A stretch of DNA of 64,000 nucleotides from Malacoraja senta (Eukaryota): the NCBI GenBank assembly GCA_038087875.1, contig CM075989.1, positions 2,480,001-2,544,000 on the forward strand. The letters run 5' to 3'. The notes beneath the pieces were generated by a model, which was given only the letters and a program-made list of their open reading frames with translations, was not told the DNA's origin and did not search any database. The position numbers were made by a program, and so were the translations under genes. Below are positions 34,726 through 47,094 of the stretch, piece by piece (positions within the stretch are counted from its first letter, which is position 1; each line of letters starts with the position of its first letter).

Positions 34726-34903
34726 AGGGCCTGTCCCATGTCACCGGGAGACGCCTGGTTGGTTGTGAGTTGTCGCCCAAAGAGTCGTACCTTTTTCTGG
34801 TCGCCGCTGGAATTTCAACATTTTGAAAATTTTCGGCGATCTGCAGCGACTATGACGGGTGCCGGCAAATCGCCGAAAAAATCGCGTAAGTGGAACAGGC
34901 CCT
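34726..34903. mobile_element. Harbinger-like MITE (internally deleted)
   Basis: AGGGCCTGTCCCA...GTGGAACAGGCCCT with TAA/TTA flanks. Interior homologous to the 1002 and 51673 copies. Confidence 0.8.
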
Positions 34904-34906
34904 TTA

Positions 34907-35355
34907 GGGTGGCACGGTGGCGCAGCGGTAGAGCTGCTGCCTTACAGCGCCAGAGACCCGGGTTCGATTCTGACCACAGGTGCTGTCTGTACGGAGTTTG
35001 TACGTTCTCCCCGTAACCATGTGGGTTTGCTCCAGGTGCTCCGGTTTTCTCGCACATTCCAAAGACATGCAGGTTTGTAGGTTAATTGCCTTCTGTAAAT
35101 TGTCCCTAGTGTGTGTAGGATAGAACTAGTGTAAGGGTCTGAAGAAGGGTCTCGACCAGAAACGTTACCCATTCCTTCTCTCCAGAGACGCTGCCTGTCC
35201 CGCTGAGTTACTCCAGCTTTTTATGTCTATCTTTGGTTTAAACCAGCATCTGCAGTTCCTTCCTACACTATTGTACGGGTGATGGCTGATCAATGCGGAC
35301 TCATTGGGCCGAGGGGCCTGTTTCCACGCTGTATCTCTAAACTAAATCTAAACAA
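34907..35355 (+). mobile_element. HE1/V-SINE-type SINE interrupted by a Penelope-terminus insertion (35139-35266)
   Basis: SINE resumes after the insert. 14-bp TSD with two mismatches (35125-35138 / 35267-35280). Confidence 0.85.
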
Positions 35356-35962
35356 AACAAAACAACATTTCCATATTAATCATCTCAGGCTGATAATCTC
35401 GTCTTTGTTTAAACACGTTTCTCACAGAATTTAAGCCACTTGGCCCAGCCTATCTACATTGATATTTACCTTCAACCAGGGCAAATGTATCTTGCTATTC
35501 CACGGCCTCCTTCCAGTGAAAGATTCTTTGCTGATCATTTCTGCAGCTAAAATGTCAGCTCAGTGGGTGGATCGAAATCTGCTAAAGCATAGCACATGCA
35601 CGATGGGAACAGTGAGTGTTTCATGGAATTTGTGTTTTTACTAACTATTGGCAGATCAATTTCCCTCCTGGGATCATATCCTCTATCGTATCGTACCATA
35701 TCGTGTCGTATCGTGTCGTCTCATATTAACAAGGCAATTGTTCACACACTTCCTGCACTTGCGTACCTCTGCTGCCTTTACACAGACCTATGCATCTGCC
35801 TTTGCACTAAAGTAAATGATCATGCTGGTAAAATTAAAGCCATGGATTTGTTGTGGCACAGAAGCAGGGCAGTCGACCCACCTGGTAGACAAAATACAAA
35901 TACTTCCCATTCTCCTAATCTTTCCCCAGGGCTGTGCAAAATGATTTTGCCTCAAGTTCTTA

Positions 35963-36263
35963 GACTTTACACTTTAGACATAAACAGCGCCGAAACAGGC
36001 CCTTCGGCCCACCGAGTCCGGGTTGACCAGCGATCACCTCCATACACTAACAGCCTCCCACACATTAGGGACAATTTACAATTTATAGAAGCCAATTAGC
36101 CTATAAACCTGTACATGTTAGGAATGTGGCAGCACCCAGAGAAAACCCACAGGGTCACAGGGTGAACGTGCAAACTCCGTATGGAAAGCACTAGTAAGTG
36201 GAATCAAACCCAGGTCTCTGGTGCTATGAGGCAGCAACTCTACCGCTGCGCCACCGTGCCACC
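35963..36263 (-). mobile_element. HE1/V-SINE-type SINE
   Basis: Reverse-complement head, V domain and tail. Confidence 0.85.
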
Positions 36264-36996
36264 CCTGTCATCTGACACAATGGCTACAATTGATACTATT
36301 CAGTCACCCTTGCAATGATTTCCAGTTCAAAACAGCAAAGGTAAAAAAATTGTTTCCTCAGTCGAATAACAAACAGCTCTTCAAATTCAGCGGGTCAGGC
36401 AGCATCTGTGGAGGCAAATGGATAGATGGTGTTTCAGGTTGGGATGGCCGACCTTCTGATTACCCTCACCTGTATCCACCTATCACTCAGCAAGCTGTGT
36501 CCTGCCCCCACCGCTTTTCCAGATTTATCTCCCCTACTATGATCAGTCTGGAGAAAAATCCTGACCCAAAACATTGCCTATCCATTCACACCACAGATGC
36601 TGCCTGACCCGCTGAATTACTCCAGCACTTTGTTTCTCTACTCAAGATTTCAGCCTCCATCGTCTCTTGTGCCGACATTTTCCTTACATCCCCCTTGTCT
36701 GTTTTGCCCCAAATTCTGGCCAGCCCAGGCACAATCACATGGAATTTCATTATTAAAAGCATGTATATAAACATGGAACATATAATGGAACAGCACAAAA
36801 ATCATAGGTGCACAACATCTGTGCTGAACATGCTGCCAAGACTCTAACTCTTACCTGCCTGCACGTAATCCATATCCAACCATTCCCTACAAAGCCGTAT
36901 GCCTATCCAAAAGTCGGCTAAATCCCACTATCTTGTCTGCCTCAACCACCACCCCGGCAACAGGTTCCAGGCACTCATCACCCATATCTCTCTTTG

Positions 36997-37598
36997 TGTG
37001 GCACGGTGGCGCAGTGGTAGAGTTGCTGCCTTACTGCTCCTACAGCAGCAGAGATCCGGGTTCGATCCCGACTTAGAATAAAGGGGAGGCCATTTAAGAC
37101 TGAGGTGAGAAAAAACTTTTCCACCCAGAGAGTTGTGAATTTATGGAATTCCCTGCCACAGAGGGCAGTGGAGGCCAAGTCACTGGATGGATTTAAGAGA
37201 GAGTTAGATAGAGCTCTAGGGGCTAGTGGAGTCAAGGGATATGGGGAGAAAGCAGGCACGGGTTATTGATTGGGGACGATCAGCCATGATCACAATGAAT
37301 GGCAGTGCTGACTCGAAGGGCCGAATGGCCTCCTCCTGCACCTATTTTCTATGTTTCTATGTTACGGGTGCTGTCTGTACAGAGTTTGTACGTTCTCCCC
37401 GTGACCTGCGTGGGTTTTCTCCGAGATCTTCGGTTTCCTCCCAGACTCCAAAGACGTACAGGTTTGTAGGTTGATTGGCTTGGTGTGAATGTAAATGGTC
37501 CCTAGTGTGTGAAGGATATCGCTGGTCGGTGCGGATTCGGTGGGCCGAAGGGCCTGTTTCCGCGCTGCATCTTTAAACTAAACTAAACTAATCTAAAC
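36997..37598 (+). mobile_element. HE1/V-SINE-type SINE split by a CR1 3' fragment (37073-37362)
   Basis: SINE sequence ...GATCCCGACT|ACGGGTGCTG is separated by a CR1 piece ending (TTCTATGT)2. Confidence 0.88.
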
Positions 37599-38047
37599 TC
37601 TCACTTGAAAACTATGCTCTCTAGTATGTGATTTTCAAATAGTACAAGAAGGGAAAAGGTTCTGACTGTCTACACTATCCATGCCTTCCATTATGTTATA
37701 TACTTCTGACAATCTGGACAGATCAGCTACCAAGCTCTGTCTACGTCTGTCCATCACCTTGTTGCTCTGGGATTAACGAGATCGTGCTGCAAATCAGACG
37801 ATGACTGCAATTATTGGAGAGAGGGCTCAAACCGTCATCTCATTTCAGTTTTGGTCAAGTTACAATCAAAACTTTGACAACAGTGAAAGAAAACGCAATA
37901 TGGTGCCCCAACAAAGATTCCTTAGCACACGTGCATCAGCTGGTACCCAAACTATCCTTGGACGAATGACTACACTGTGAGGTTAGTTCCTCTGACAAAC
38001 CGGCACTTTAAGGTCATTTGATATTAGATCACCGTCCGATGTAACAG

Positions 38048-38455
38048 ATAGACACAAAATGCTGGAGTAACTCAGCAGGTCAGGTAGCATCTCTGGCAAA
38101 AAGAAAAAAAGGTGACATTCTGGGCCGAGACCCTTCATCAAACTGAGAGTCAGGGAAGAGGAAACTAGAGGTATGGGAAGGTACACAACAAAGCGGAGCC
38201 TGTACCTCATCCACAGCCAACAATGGACCATTGTGGGCTCCACCTTTCCTGAGTCATTGACGTAGGCTTTGCTTTGTTCTGTATCTTCCCATACCTCTTG
38301 CATCCCCCTCTCTGACTCTCAGGCTGATGAAGGGTCTCGACCCGAAACCCAACCTATTCCTTCTCTCCAGAGATGCTGCCTGACCCGTTGAGTTACTCCA
38401 GCTATTTGTGTCTACCTTTGGTACAAACCAGCATCTGCAGTTTCTTCTTACACAA
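38048..38455. mobile_element. Long fold-back Penelope-terminus element
   Basis: Minus and plus arms, each with a CTGATGA-type hammerhead remnant. Flanking repeat TAACAGATA. Confidence 0.75.
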
Positions 38456-39734
38456 TATAACAGATAATGGGCAAGCTCAACCCTGTCTAAAATATCAAAC
38501 ACAAAATGCTGGAGGAACCTAACAGGTCAGGCAGCATCTGTGGAGGCAATAGACAGGTGATGTTTCAGGTTGGGACCCATCTTCAGACCGATGGAAGTCG
38601 GAGGGGCGGAAATCCTGTCCCGAAACATCATCTATCTATTTTTCTCCACAGATCCACTAGCAATTTGTACTTTGATTGGGAGGAAACTGTTTCAGACCCA
38701 GACTTGTTATGAACTGAAACTCACTGAAAACGTGATGGAACTAAATAAATTATAGTCAAGAAAGGTGGAGTTGAGTTGAGTTTAGTTTATTGTCACGTGT
38801 ACCGAGGTACAGTGAAGAGCTTTTGTTGCGTGCTAACCAGTCAGCGGAAAGACAATACATGATTACAATCAAGCCATCCACAGTGTAAAAGAGACATGAT
38901 AAAGGAAGACGAGATTTAAGAAATGCATACTTAAAGTAAGAAATGTTGCTGTTGGGGTAGAGATTTAAAAGAGTGGAGCGATTGTAAATGGTGATTGCAG
39001 GCCCACTGCTGTGACCAGCGCACAAACAGTCGCCATCTTGGATCATATCAAAAGATTACAACTTGAAGAAGGGTCCTGACCTTAAACACCGCCTGTCCGT
39101 TCCCTCCACAGCTGCGGCCTGGCTTGTTGAGTTCCTCCAGCATTCTTGCTAAAGATTCTAGCATCTGCAGTTCCTTGTGTCTCCGCGGACTAAAATACGT
39201 TCAGGACCAGGAACGATGATAAATAAGGCAGAAGACGTAAATAGAATCTGGTTTGGCAGCAATGCCAATAGAACTGTGTCTGTTGTCTGTAGATCACTCC
39301 TCACAAAGTGCTGCTCATTCCCTACATCCTCCCCACAAAACATTACAGGTGATTCTCGGCAACTGATGTATTTACTGAGGGGAGGTTGTGCCTTTGAGAT
39401 TCCCCGCAGGGCTGTGAACTGTGCAGAGCCAACATTTTCCAAGGCTATAACTCAAATGATTTTATTTCAACCGAAGTGCAAGACACAGGAGCCCCCGGCT
39501 GAGAGTCAGGCTGGTGTGCAGGTATCCTGCGATCCTGTTACCGAGTGTAACCTCTCCAAGGCTATCGGGGATGCCAGGAGAGGATTCCACAAACAGACTG
39601 GAGGCTCGATTCATTCAAACGGTGCCAGGCCGCCGTGGCAAGGTCTGAATACCATCGGGGGCCACAAACCAAACCCTAGTGTGTAGGGAGTGGACGTGAA
39701 AGAGGGACAACATAGAACTATTGTTAGTTAGATT

Positions 39735-40042
39735 TTAGACTTTAGACTTTAGAGATACAATGAGGAAAACAGGCCCTTCGGCCCACTGGGTCCACACCGA
39801 CCAGCGATCCCCGTACACCTGCACTATCCTGCACTATAGGGACAATTTACAATTTTTTTCCGAAGCCAATTAACCCTCAAACCTGTACGTCTTTGGAGTG
39901 TGGGAGGAAAGCGGAACACCCAGAGAAAACCCACACGGTCACAGGGGGAACGTAGAAACTCTGTCCAGACAGCACCAGTAGTCAGATCGAACCTGGATCT
40001 CTGGCGCTGTGAGGCAGCAACTCTACCGCTGCGCCACCATGC
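39735..40042 (-). mobile_element. HE1/V-SINE-type SINE
   Basis: Reverse-complement match with a (TTTAGAC) tail variant. Confidence 0.88.
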
Positions 40043-40295
40043 TGCTCAACTATCCATGATCTGATGATCGATGTCATTGTGGACCTGGTGGGCCAAAGGC
40101 CCTTTCTCCATGCCGTATCAATCAAAACCCTGCATCCAAATGAGCTGCGGCTTATGATCTCTTGTTGCTGGGGCAAAAGGTCGTGGCCCCCAGTCCCACC
40201 CTACAAACGTTAGTGGGGAGATGTCAGCTGATTATCTAGTGCAGGTGAGGGGGTGCTTGGTTTGTGGAAGAGCCGTTCTTCACATGTAGTGTTGA

Positions 40296-40603
40296 GGGTG
40301 ACACGGTGGTGCAGCAGTAGAATTGCTGCCTTACAGCGCCAGAGACCCAGGTTCGATTCTGTGCTGTCTGTAGGGAGCTTGTACGTTCTCCCCGTGACCG
40401 TGTGGGTTTTCCCCGGGTGCTCCGGTTTCCTCCCACGCTCCAAAGATGTACAGGTTTATAGGTTAATTGGCTTTGGTAAAAATTGTAAACTGTCCCTGGT
40501 TTGTTGGATAACGCTAGTGCACGGGGTGATAGCTGGTTGGCGTGGACTCGGTGGGCCGAAGGGCCTGTTTCCGTCCTGTATCTCTAAAGTCTAAAGTTCT
40601 AAA
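40296..40603 (+). mobile_element. HE1/V-SINE-type SINE
   Basis: Head, V domain and tail. Confidence 0.88.
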
Positions 40604-41008
40604 GTGAAGGGTCCCAGTTGAAAACACAACAACGCAAGGCATTATTTCGTAGAAGACCGTGGGATAATCCCTGACACCTACCCTGACCTGTTAGCTCCAC
40701 TCAATGTCACTGAAACAGATTATCAGATCAATACCACAATGCTAAATTTGGAGCTAGCACAGTGCAGATGGGAGCTCAATAGGGATTGAAGATACAAGGC
40801 TTTAAGTACCACAGGTAAGGTTAATCCAGGGCTCGCCAATCGATTATAAGAAAGAGCACAGTTGAAAGGAAATTCTAAGACAGATGACAAGAAGAGGTTC
40901 TTCAAACACAGAAACATTCAAGAGAAAGAGGCAGGGTGTTGGGTGTGTGGGGGGGATGGGGATGCAGAGAGGAGCCAGGAACTGAGCAGGGTCTGAAGAA
41001 GTGTTTAA

Positions 41009-41243
41009 AGGGCCTGTCCCACTTTCACGACCTAATTCACGACCTTATTTACTCGTGGACAATTTTCATCAGGCTAGAAAAACGCCTCGACCTACTTGAT
41101 GCCACGAGTACCTACGACTAGCATCACGACCTCCTACGGCCTACCTACGACCTCCTACGACCTCGTGACGACCATGCTGCAAGTATGTCAAGGGCAAACT
41201 CGGCAGAGGTTGTGAATTAGGTCGTGAAAGTGGGGCAGGCCCT
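41009..41243. mobile_element. Harbinger-like MITE, second subfamily
   Basis: 37-bp TIR with two mismatches (AGGGCCTGTCCCACTTTCACGACCTAATTCACGACCT). Perfect TAA TSD, whose removal restores host GTGTTTAAGAAAGAACTGC. Internal ACGACCT repeats. Confidence 0.88.
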
Positions 41244-41330
41244 TAAGAAAGAACTGCAGATGCTGGAAAAATCGAAGGTAGACAAAAATGCTGGAGGAAC
41301 TCAGCGTGGGAGGCAGCATCTATGGAGAGA

Positions 41331-41646
41331 AACATAGAAACATAGAAACATAGAAATTAGGTGCAGGAGTAGGCCATTCGGCCCTTCGAGCCTGCACCGC
41401 CATTCAATATGATCATGGCTGATCATCCAACTCAGTATCCCGTACCTGCCTTCTCTCCATACCCCCTGATCCGTTTAGCCACAAGGGCCACATCTAACTC
41501 CCTCTTAAATATAGCCAATGAATTGGCCTCGACTACCCTCTGTGGCAGAGAGTTCCAGAGATTCACCACTCTCTGTGGGAAAAAAGTTCTTCTCATCTCG
41601 GTTTTAAAGGATTTCCCCCTTATCCTTAAGCTGTGACCCCTTGTCC
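41331..41646 (-). mobile_element. CR1 LINE 3' fragment nested in a Penelope-terminus element
   Basis: RTRGHSLRIRGKSF...QRVVNLWNSLPQ and (AACATAGA)n tail. Confidence 0.88.
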
Positions 41647-42422
41647 GGGAGAAGGAATAGGCAACGTTTCGGGTTCCTTCTCTCCATAGATGCTGCCTCA
41701 CCCGCTGAGTTCCTCCAGCATTTTTGTCTACCTGGGGTCTGAAGAAGCGTCTTCACCTGAAACGTCACCCATTCTTTCTCTCCAGAGATGCTGCTTGTCC
41801 TGCCGAGTTACTCCAGCTGTTTGTGTCTACCCGGAACCACAGATACATTCAAGATCCAGCTGCAATACACTGCAGGGCTTATAATTATGGTGAATGAGCT
41901 AAACTGGCAAAAAAAATGGCTCCATTATAGCCATTGTGAAAAGCGTGAAATACTGCAGCTGAAAAGCATTTCCCATCCCTCAAAGCACTTTTTAACGGCG
42001 CATTTCCTCCATCACAAACTGAAATTATATTAATATTGCACAAAATAAGATTGGAAACTATCGCAGAGTGACTATAGTGAAGATAGTTCCTTGTCACTTT
42101 TAATTTACCGCTTGACAAAGTCACCATAAACAAGAACTGTCAGAGGCTTTGCTCGAATCTGAAGTGGTTCTTATACAGTAGAATCAGCCGTGATGAGTGA
42201 TCCTGAAGCTGAATTATGATGAGTAAAATGGTGAATCCTCCACAGGTCACTGCTGGCACCACTGTGCTGCGATGGCAGTCACACTGAGTCGGTCTCGGAG
42301 AGAGAGTTCAGCATTTTGACCACTTGCAAAGATTGGGAGAGTATCGTCATGTTGGTAATGTTCGTTTTAGTCTCAAAGGGTCAACAGTGTCCCTCCAGGA
42401 ATTGTCCTGAGTGTTCAGAAAT

Positions 42423-42848
42423 TCATGTTCATAAGTTCTAGGAGCTGAATTAGGCCATTCGGCCCATCAAGTCTACTCCGCCATTCAATCAGTGTTGATC
42501 TATCTCTCCCTCTCAACCCCATTCTCCTCCTTTGCCCCATAACCCTAGACACCCATACTAACCAAGAATCTTCACTTTAGAAATATCCATAAACTTGGCC
42601 TCAACAGCTGTCTGTGGCGATGAATTCCACAGATTCACCACCCTCTGATGAAGGAAATTCCTCCTCATCTCCTTTCAATATGTACGTCTTTTTATTATAA
42701 GGCTACGGTCTCCGGTCCTAGACTCTCCCACAATCCTCTCCACATCCACTCTATCCAGGCCTTTCATTATTCGGTAAGTTTCAATGGGGTGCCCCCTCAT
42801 CCTTCTAAACTCCAGGGGGTACAGGCCCAGTGCCGTCAAACGCTCACC
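42423..42848 (-). mobile_element. CR1 LINE 3' fragment
   Basis: CR1 ORF2 C-terminus and 3' UTR on the minus strand. Confidence 0.82.
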
Positions 42849-43539
42849 ATGTGGATAAAATACAGCTCAAAGGCCAAATGTGACGTGAGAGGGCCATTTG
42901 GCCCATCTGCTTCATCCTTCCAGAGACGACTACAACCCTCCCCCACCCCCACCCCAACTCCAACCTCCTCACGGCAGCCAATTTCATCTTCCCGACCTTC
43001 CTTAGTCTTTGATTCTACCACTGGATTATTCTTATGAATTGAACCAACAGGCACAGGCAAAACCCTTCACCCACCCCCTCCGATGCCAGTGATGCTTCAA
43101 CCAGTGCCAGGTTGGAGACACAGTCTCTCAGTGTGTGATACGATCCCATGCAGAAGCTGATGCACAGCACTGTGAAGATGGTGGCCCATTTGTAAGTGGC
43201 TTGATCTGATAGGAAGCAAGAGGCATATTGTTGTCCACATTGTCTCCACAGTTCTCCACATCGTTTGCCTATTGAGATGACACCTTCCCTAACCAACTGT
43301 AGGCCCACCAGGCACCACCCTGCCTGAGGTTATTTGTAGTTGGCCTTCATTACTCCTGGTCTTTTCTCACCTCCAACTCTTCACCTCCCACCTCAACCCC
43401 CTCCCCCACCCCCACAACCCCCTACTTTCAGTCTGAAGAAGGGTTCCAACCTGAGATGTCAGCCATCCTTTTTCGCCTGAGATGCTGCCTGACCCGCTGA
43501 GTTACTCCAGCATTTTGTGTCTATTTCTGAGTACAAATG

Positions 43540-44220
43540 CTATGTCACAGTCATACAAGAGGCCGCATTTGGAGTTATTGTGTTCAGTTTTGGTCACCCT
43601 GCTATATATAAGAAGCATGTTGTTAAGCTGAAAAGTATGTGGTGAAGATTTACCAGGATGTTGCCGGGACTCGAGGGCCTGAGCTATAGGGAGAAGGTGG
43701 GCAGTCTAGTACTTTATTCCTTGGAGTGCAGGCGGCTGAGAGGTGATCTTAGATCTTATAGGATGATTCTCATGAGGGGGATAGACAGGGTGAATGCACG
43801 GGGTCTTTTACCCAGGGTGAGGCAATCAAGAACCAAAGGTTTCAGATGAGAATGGAGACATTTAGCAGAAACCTGGCGGACACACTTCTCACTCAGAAGG
43901 TGGTGGGTGTATGGAACGAGCTGTCGGAGAAGATAGTTGAGGCAGGTACTAATACAACATTCAAAAGAAACTTGGACAGGTACATGGGAAGGAAAGGTTT
44001 AGAGGGATATGGGCCAAACACAGACAAATAGGTAGGAAGGAACTGCAGATGCAGGTTTAAACCGAAGTCAGACACACTAAGCTGGAGTAGTCCTATCCCG
44101 CTGAGTTACTACAGCATTTTGTGTCTATCTACAGACAAATAGGACTAGCTTAGATGGGGCATCTTGGTCAGCATGGATGAGTCAGGCAACAGGGCCTGTT
44201 TCCCTGCTGTGTGACCCTAT
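43540..44220 (+). mobile_element. CR1 LINE 3' fragment with nested Penelope-terminus insertion (44033-44130)
   Basis: MLPGLEGLSY.E...RRLRGDL motif. Insert has a perfect 13-bp TSD ACAGACAAATAGG (44020-44032 / 44131-44143). Confidence 0.85.
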
Positions 44221-45286
44221 ATCCCAAGGAAGCCCACAATAATCCCAGCGGCAATTCCTGGTGTTCCCCTTTATCAGTCAATCAAGTCAAGCAAGTTATG
44301 TCAATCAAATGAAATTAATTTGCCAGCAGCGGTACAATAATAAAGAACACACAATACACAATAAAAATTTACACAAACATCCACCACAGCATTCATCATT
44401 GTGGTGGAAGGCACAAAATTTGGCCAGTCCTCCTCCATTTTCCCCCGTTGCGGGCGTCCAGCTGTACAGACAAGGTAAGTCCAGATAAGTCCTGAATAAG
44501 TCCTGAATAAGTGCCTCCCCACCGGAGACCGCGGCTTCAAGATGGTGTAGGCCATAGGCCGGTGGACGAAGATTTAAAGTCCCTGCTGCGTGGTGGCTAC
44601 ACTCTGACCACGATGGTATTCCACAGCCAAAGCCCAAACCTAAACTTGGAATTCACCAAGAGCACAGGAAACCATGGTAACGGCAGTAAACTTGCTGGAG
44701 TTTGTCCAATTATCACCTGCGCATGGAAATGCAGGCACGGTCCCCTGGTGAGCTGCAGAACACACTGGAGTGAGGAAGGCAGGAGGAACATTTTAATTCA
44801 ATGGTTTTGAATCTCTGTTCCGCATTACACTGTTACATTGCAGACTCGTGCATGGAGCGGCCATCAATGGAGCCATACTGTGGGGCGAAGGATAATGCAA
44901 AGATCTGGAAACCTCTGTGTGGGAGAGGTCAACTGTGCTGTGCTAATTGTGCAATTTCTATGCCACCTCCGTCGTTAACTGAATTAAATCTACACATTAA
45001 AAGGGAAAATTGTACAAGTGAGTCCAGGAGGGATGATAACACTTTAATATTTCAAATGAAAGCTTGAAAAATCAGAGTGAGCCCTAACCTGATGGGGCCG
45101 AGGAAATGAAAATTCTGTCAAACGAGATAAGAAGTAATGCATGTCAATGCAGAATAGTTATCAGAATGAATCTGAATGAATGAAAATCCACTGGAAAAGA
45201 CAGAAGGTGTTATCAAAACATGCACACCATGTTTTTCTGTGAAGGGCTATGCAGACTTGTGCCTGATGAATTGGCGGCATGTTTTG

Positions 45287-45567
45287 TGTGGCGGTACAGT
45301 TGCTGCCTTACAGTGCCGGAGGCTGACAATGGGTGCTGTCTGTACGGAGTTTGTACGTTTTCCCGGCGACCTGTGTGGGTTTTCTCCGGGATCTCCAGTT
45401 TCCTCCCACACTCCAAGGATGAACAGGTTTGCAGGCTAATTGGTGCTGGTATGATTGTAAATTGTCCCCGGTGTTTAAGATAGTGTTAGTGCGCGGGGAT
45501 CGCTGGTCGGCGTGGACTTGGTGGGCTGAAGGGCCTGTTTCCGCATTGTATCTCCAAACTAAACTAA
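45287..45567 (+). mobile_element. HE1/V-SINE-type SINE (head degraded)
   Basis: V domain and tail. Confidence 0.82.
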
Positions 45568-46791
45568 TGCATCTCTCCAGCTGCATCTCCTTGTAAAGGT
45601 CCCACCCAAACAGTAAACTAACTGCTTCGTAAACTTGTTAGGGTGTCAGGGGTTATGGGGAGAAGGCAGGAGAAGGAGGCTGTGAGGGAAAGATAGATCA
45701 GCCATGATTGAATGGTGGAGTAGACCTGATGGGCTGATTGGCCTAAATCTGCATCCTAGAACCTATGAACTTATGAACCAAAAGCAGGAAATGTTGGAAA
45801 CACTCCGCAGGTCAGGCAGCAGCTGTGGAAAGAGAAATAGACTTAATGGTTCAAGTTGAAGCCCCTTCAATGGACCTGGTAAAAAGAGATTGTTTAAAAA
45901 GGCAAGCTTAAGTTTGTGTGAGGGTTGGGGAGGACGAGGGGAATATCTGTGATAGGATGGGACCGTGTGAAACGGGTTCAAGGGGCAGGTGCAGTCTGGT
46001 TGCGAGTCCTTGTCTGTGCCACGTGTCACTGCATGAATGCTGATCAAATTGCGATGCATGTCCCTCGAACACTGCAGCTGCCGTGTGCACCATTTACAAA
46101 ATGCACTGCAGCAGTTTGTCAGCACCTCCCCCGTCACTTCAAAGGTCAAGGGGCATCAGAACATGTCCACCCCCCATGTCACTCACAATCAGGATGGCAA
46201 TAGGTTCATGTTGCTGGAGCCAGGCTGGGTTCAAATGCTGGAACTCCCTGTCGACACCACTGTGGGAGCAAGACCATCACCGTCTCGGGGCAATCAGCGA
46301 TGGACAATCAATGCTGTCATTGTCAGTAACGCCCTCACTTTGTGAATAATTAAACGAGCAATATTGCAAAGGACAGAGAGATCAATGTTTTTCCACATCC
46401 CAAGTACGTCAGTTTATAAGCAACTGCTGGCAAGGAATAAAGAGTGCATTACAGCTTTGAAAGAGGCCGCTCTGCCCATCGATGCCAGGACTAACTGTGA
46501 GGGAAGGAACTACAGATGCTGGTTTACACCGAAGGTAGCCACGGAACGATGGGGTAACTCAGCGGGACAGGCAGCATCTCTGGAGAGAAGGAAAAGGTGG
46601 AGTTTCGGGTCGAGAGCCTGCTTCACTCCCAGAGAGGAGGAGGAATCACGGAGGGGGGCAGCGAGAGAGGGTGTTGCAGCACTCTCGTCGGAGAGAGAAG
46701 GAGGAGAATTTCTTCAAAGTAGGCATACCTTGAGGAGATTTTGCAGTCTGACGAAGTGTCATCTATTCCAGAGATGCTGTCGGACCCATAG

Positions 46792-47094
46792 AGTTTGGTT
46801 TAGCGATACAGCACAGAACAGGCCCTTCGGCCCACCGAATCAGCACCACAGCGATCTCCGCACACTTAAACTATCCCAGACACACGAATGACAATTTACA
46901 ATTATGCCAAGCCAATTAACCTACAAACCTGTACGTCTTTGGAGTGTGGGAGGAAACCAGAGATCCCAGAGAAACCCACGCAGGTCACGGGGGGAACGTA
47001 CAAGCTCCATACAGACAGACAGCACCCGTAGTCAGGATTGAACCCAGGTCTCTGGCACTGTAAGGCAGCAACTCTACCACTGCGCCACCGTGCC
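46792..47094 (-). mobile_element. HE1/V-SINE-type SINE
   Basis: Reverse-complement head, V domain and tail. Confidence 0.88.

Noticed and set aside
39177..39686. 169-aa ORF in mostly unique sequence
   Set aside because: It starts in a Penelope-terminus tail and ends in a SINE fragment. I see no recognisable domain or convincing splice pair.
42246..42354. Possible exon encoding PLCCDGSH (CDGSH iron-sulfur-like)
   Set aside because: It lacks the upstream C-x-C and the P-x-C spacing of the CDGSH motif, and the acceptor is weak. Likely chance.
46364..46891. 175-aa ORF
   Set aside because: A composite of unique DNA, Penelope-terminus pieces and an antisense SINE tail.
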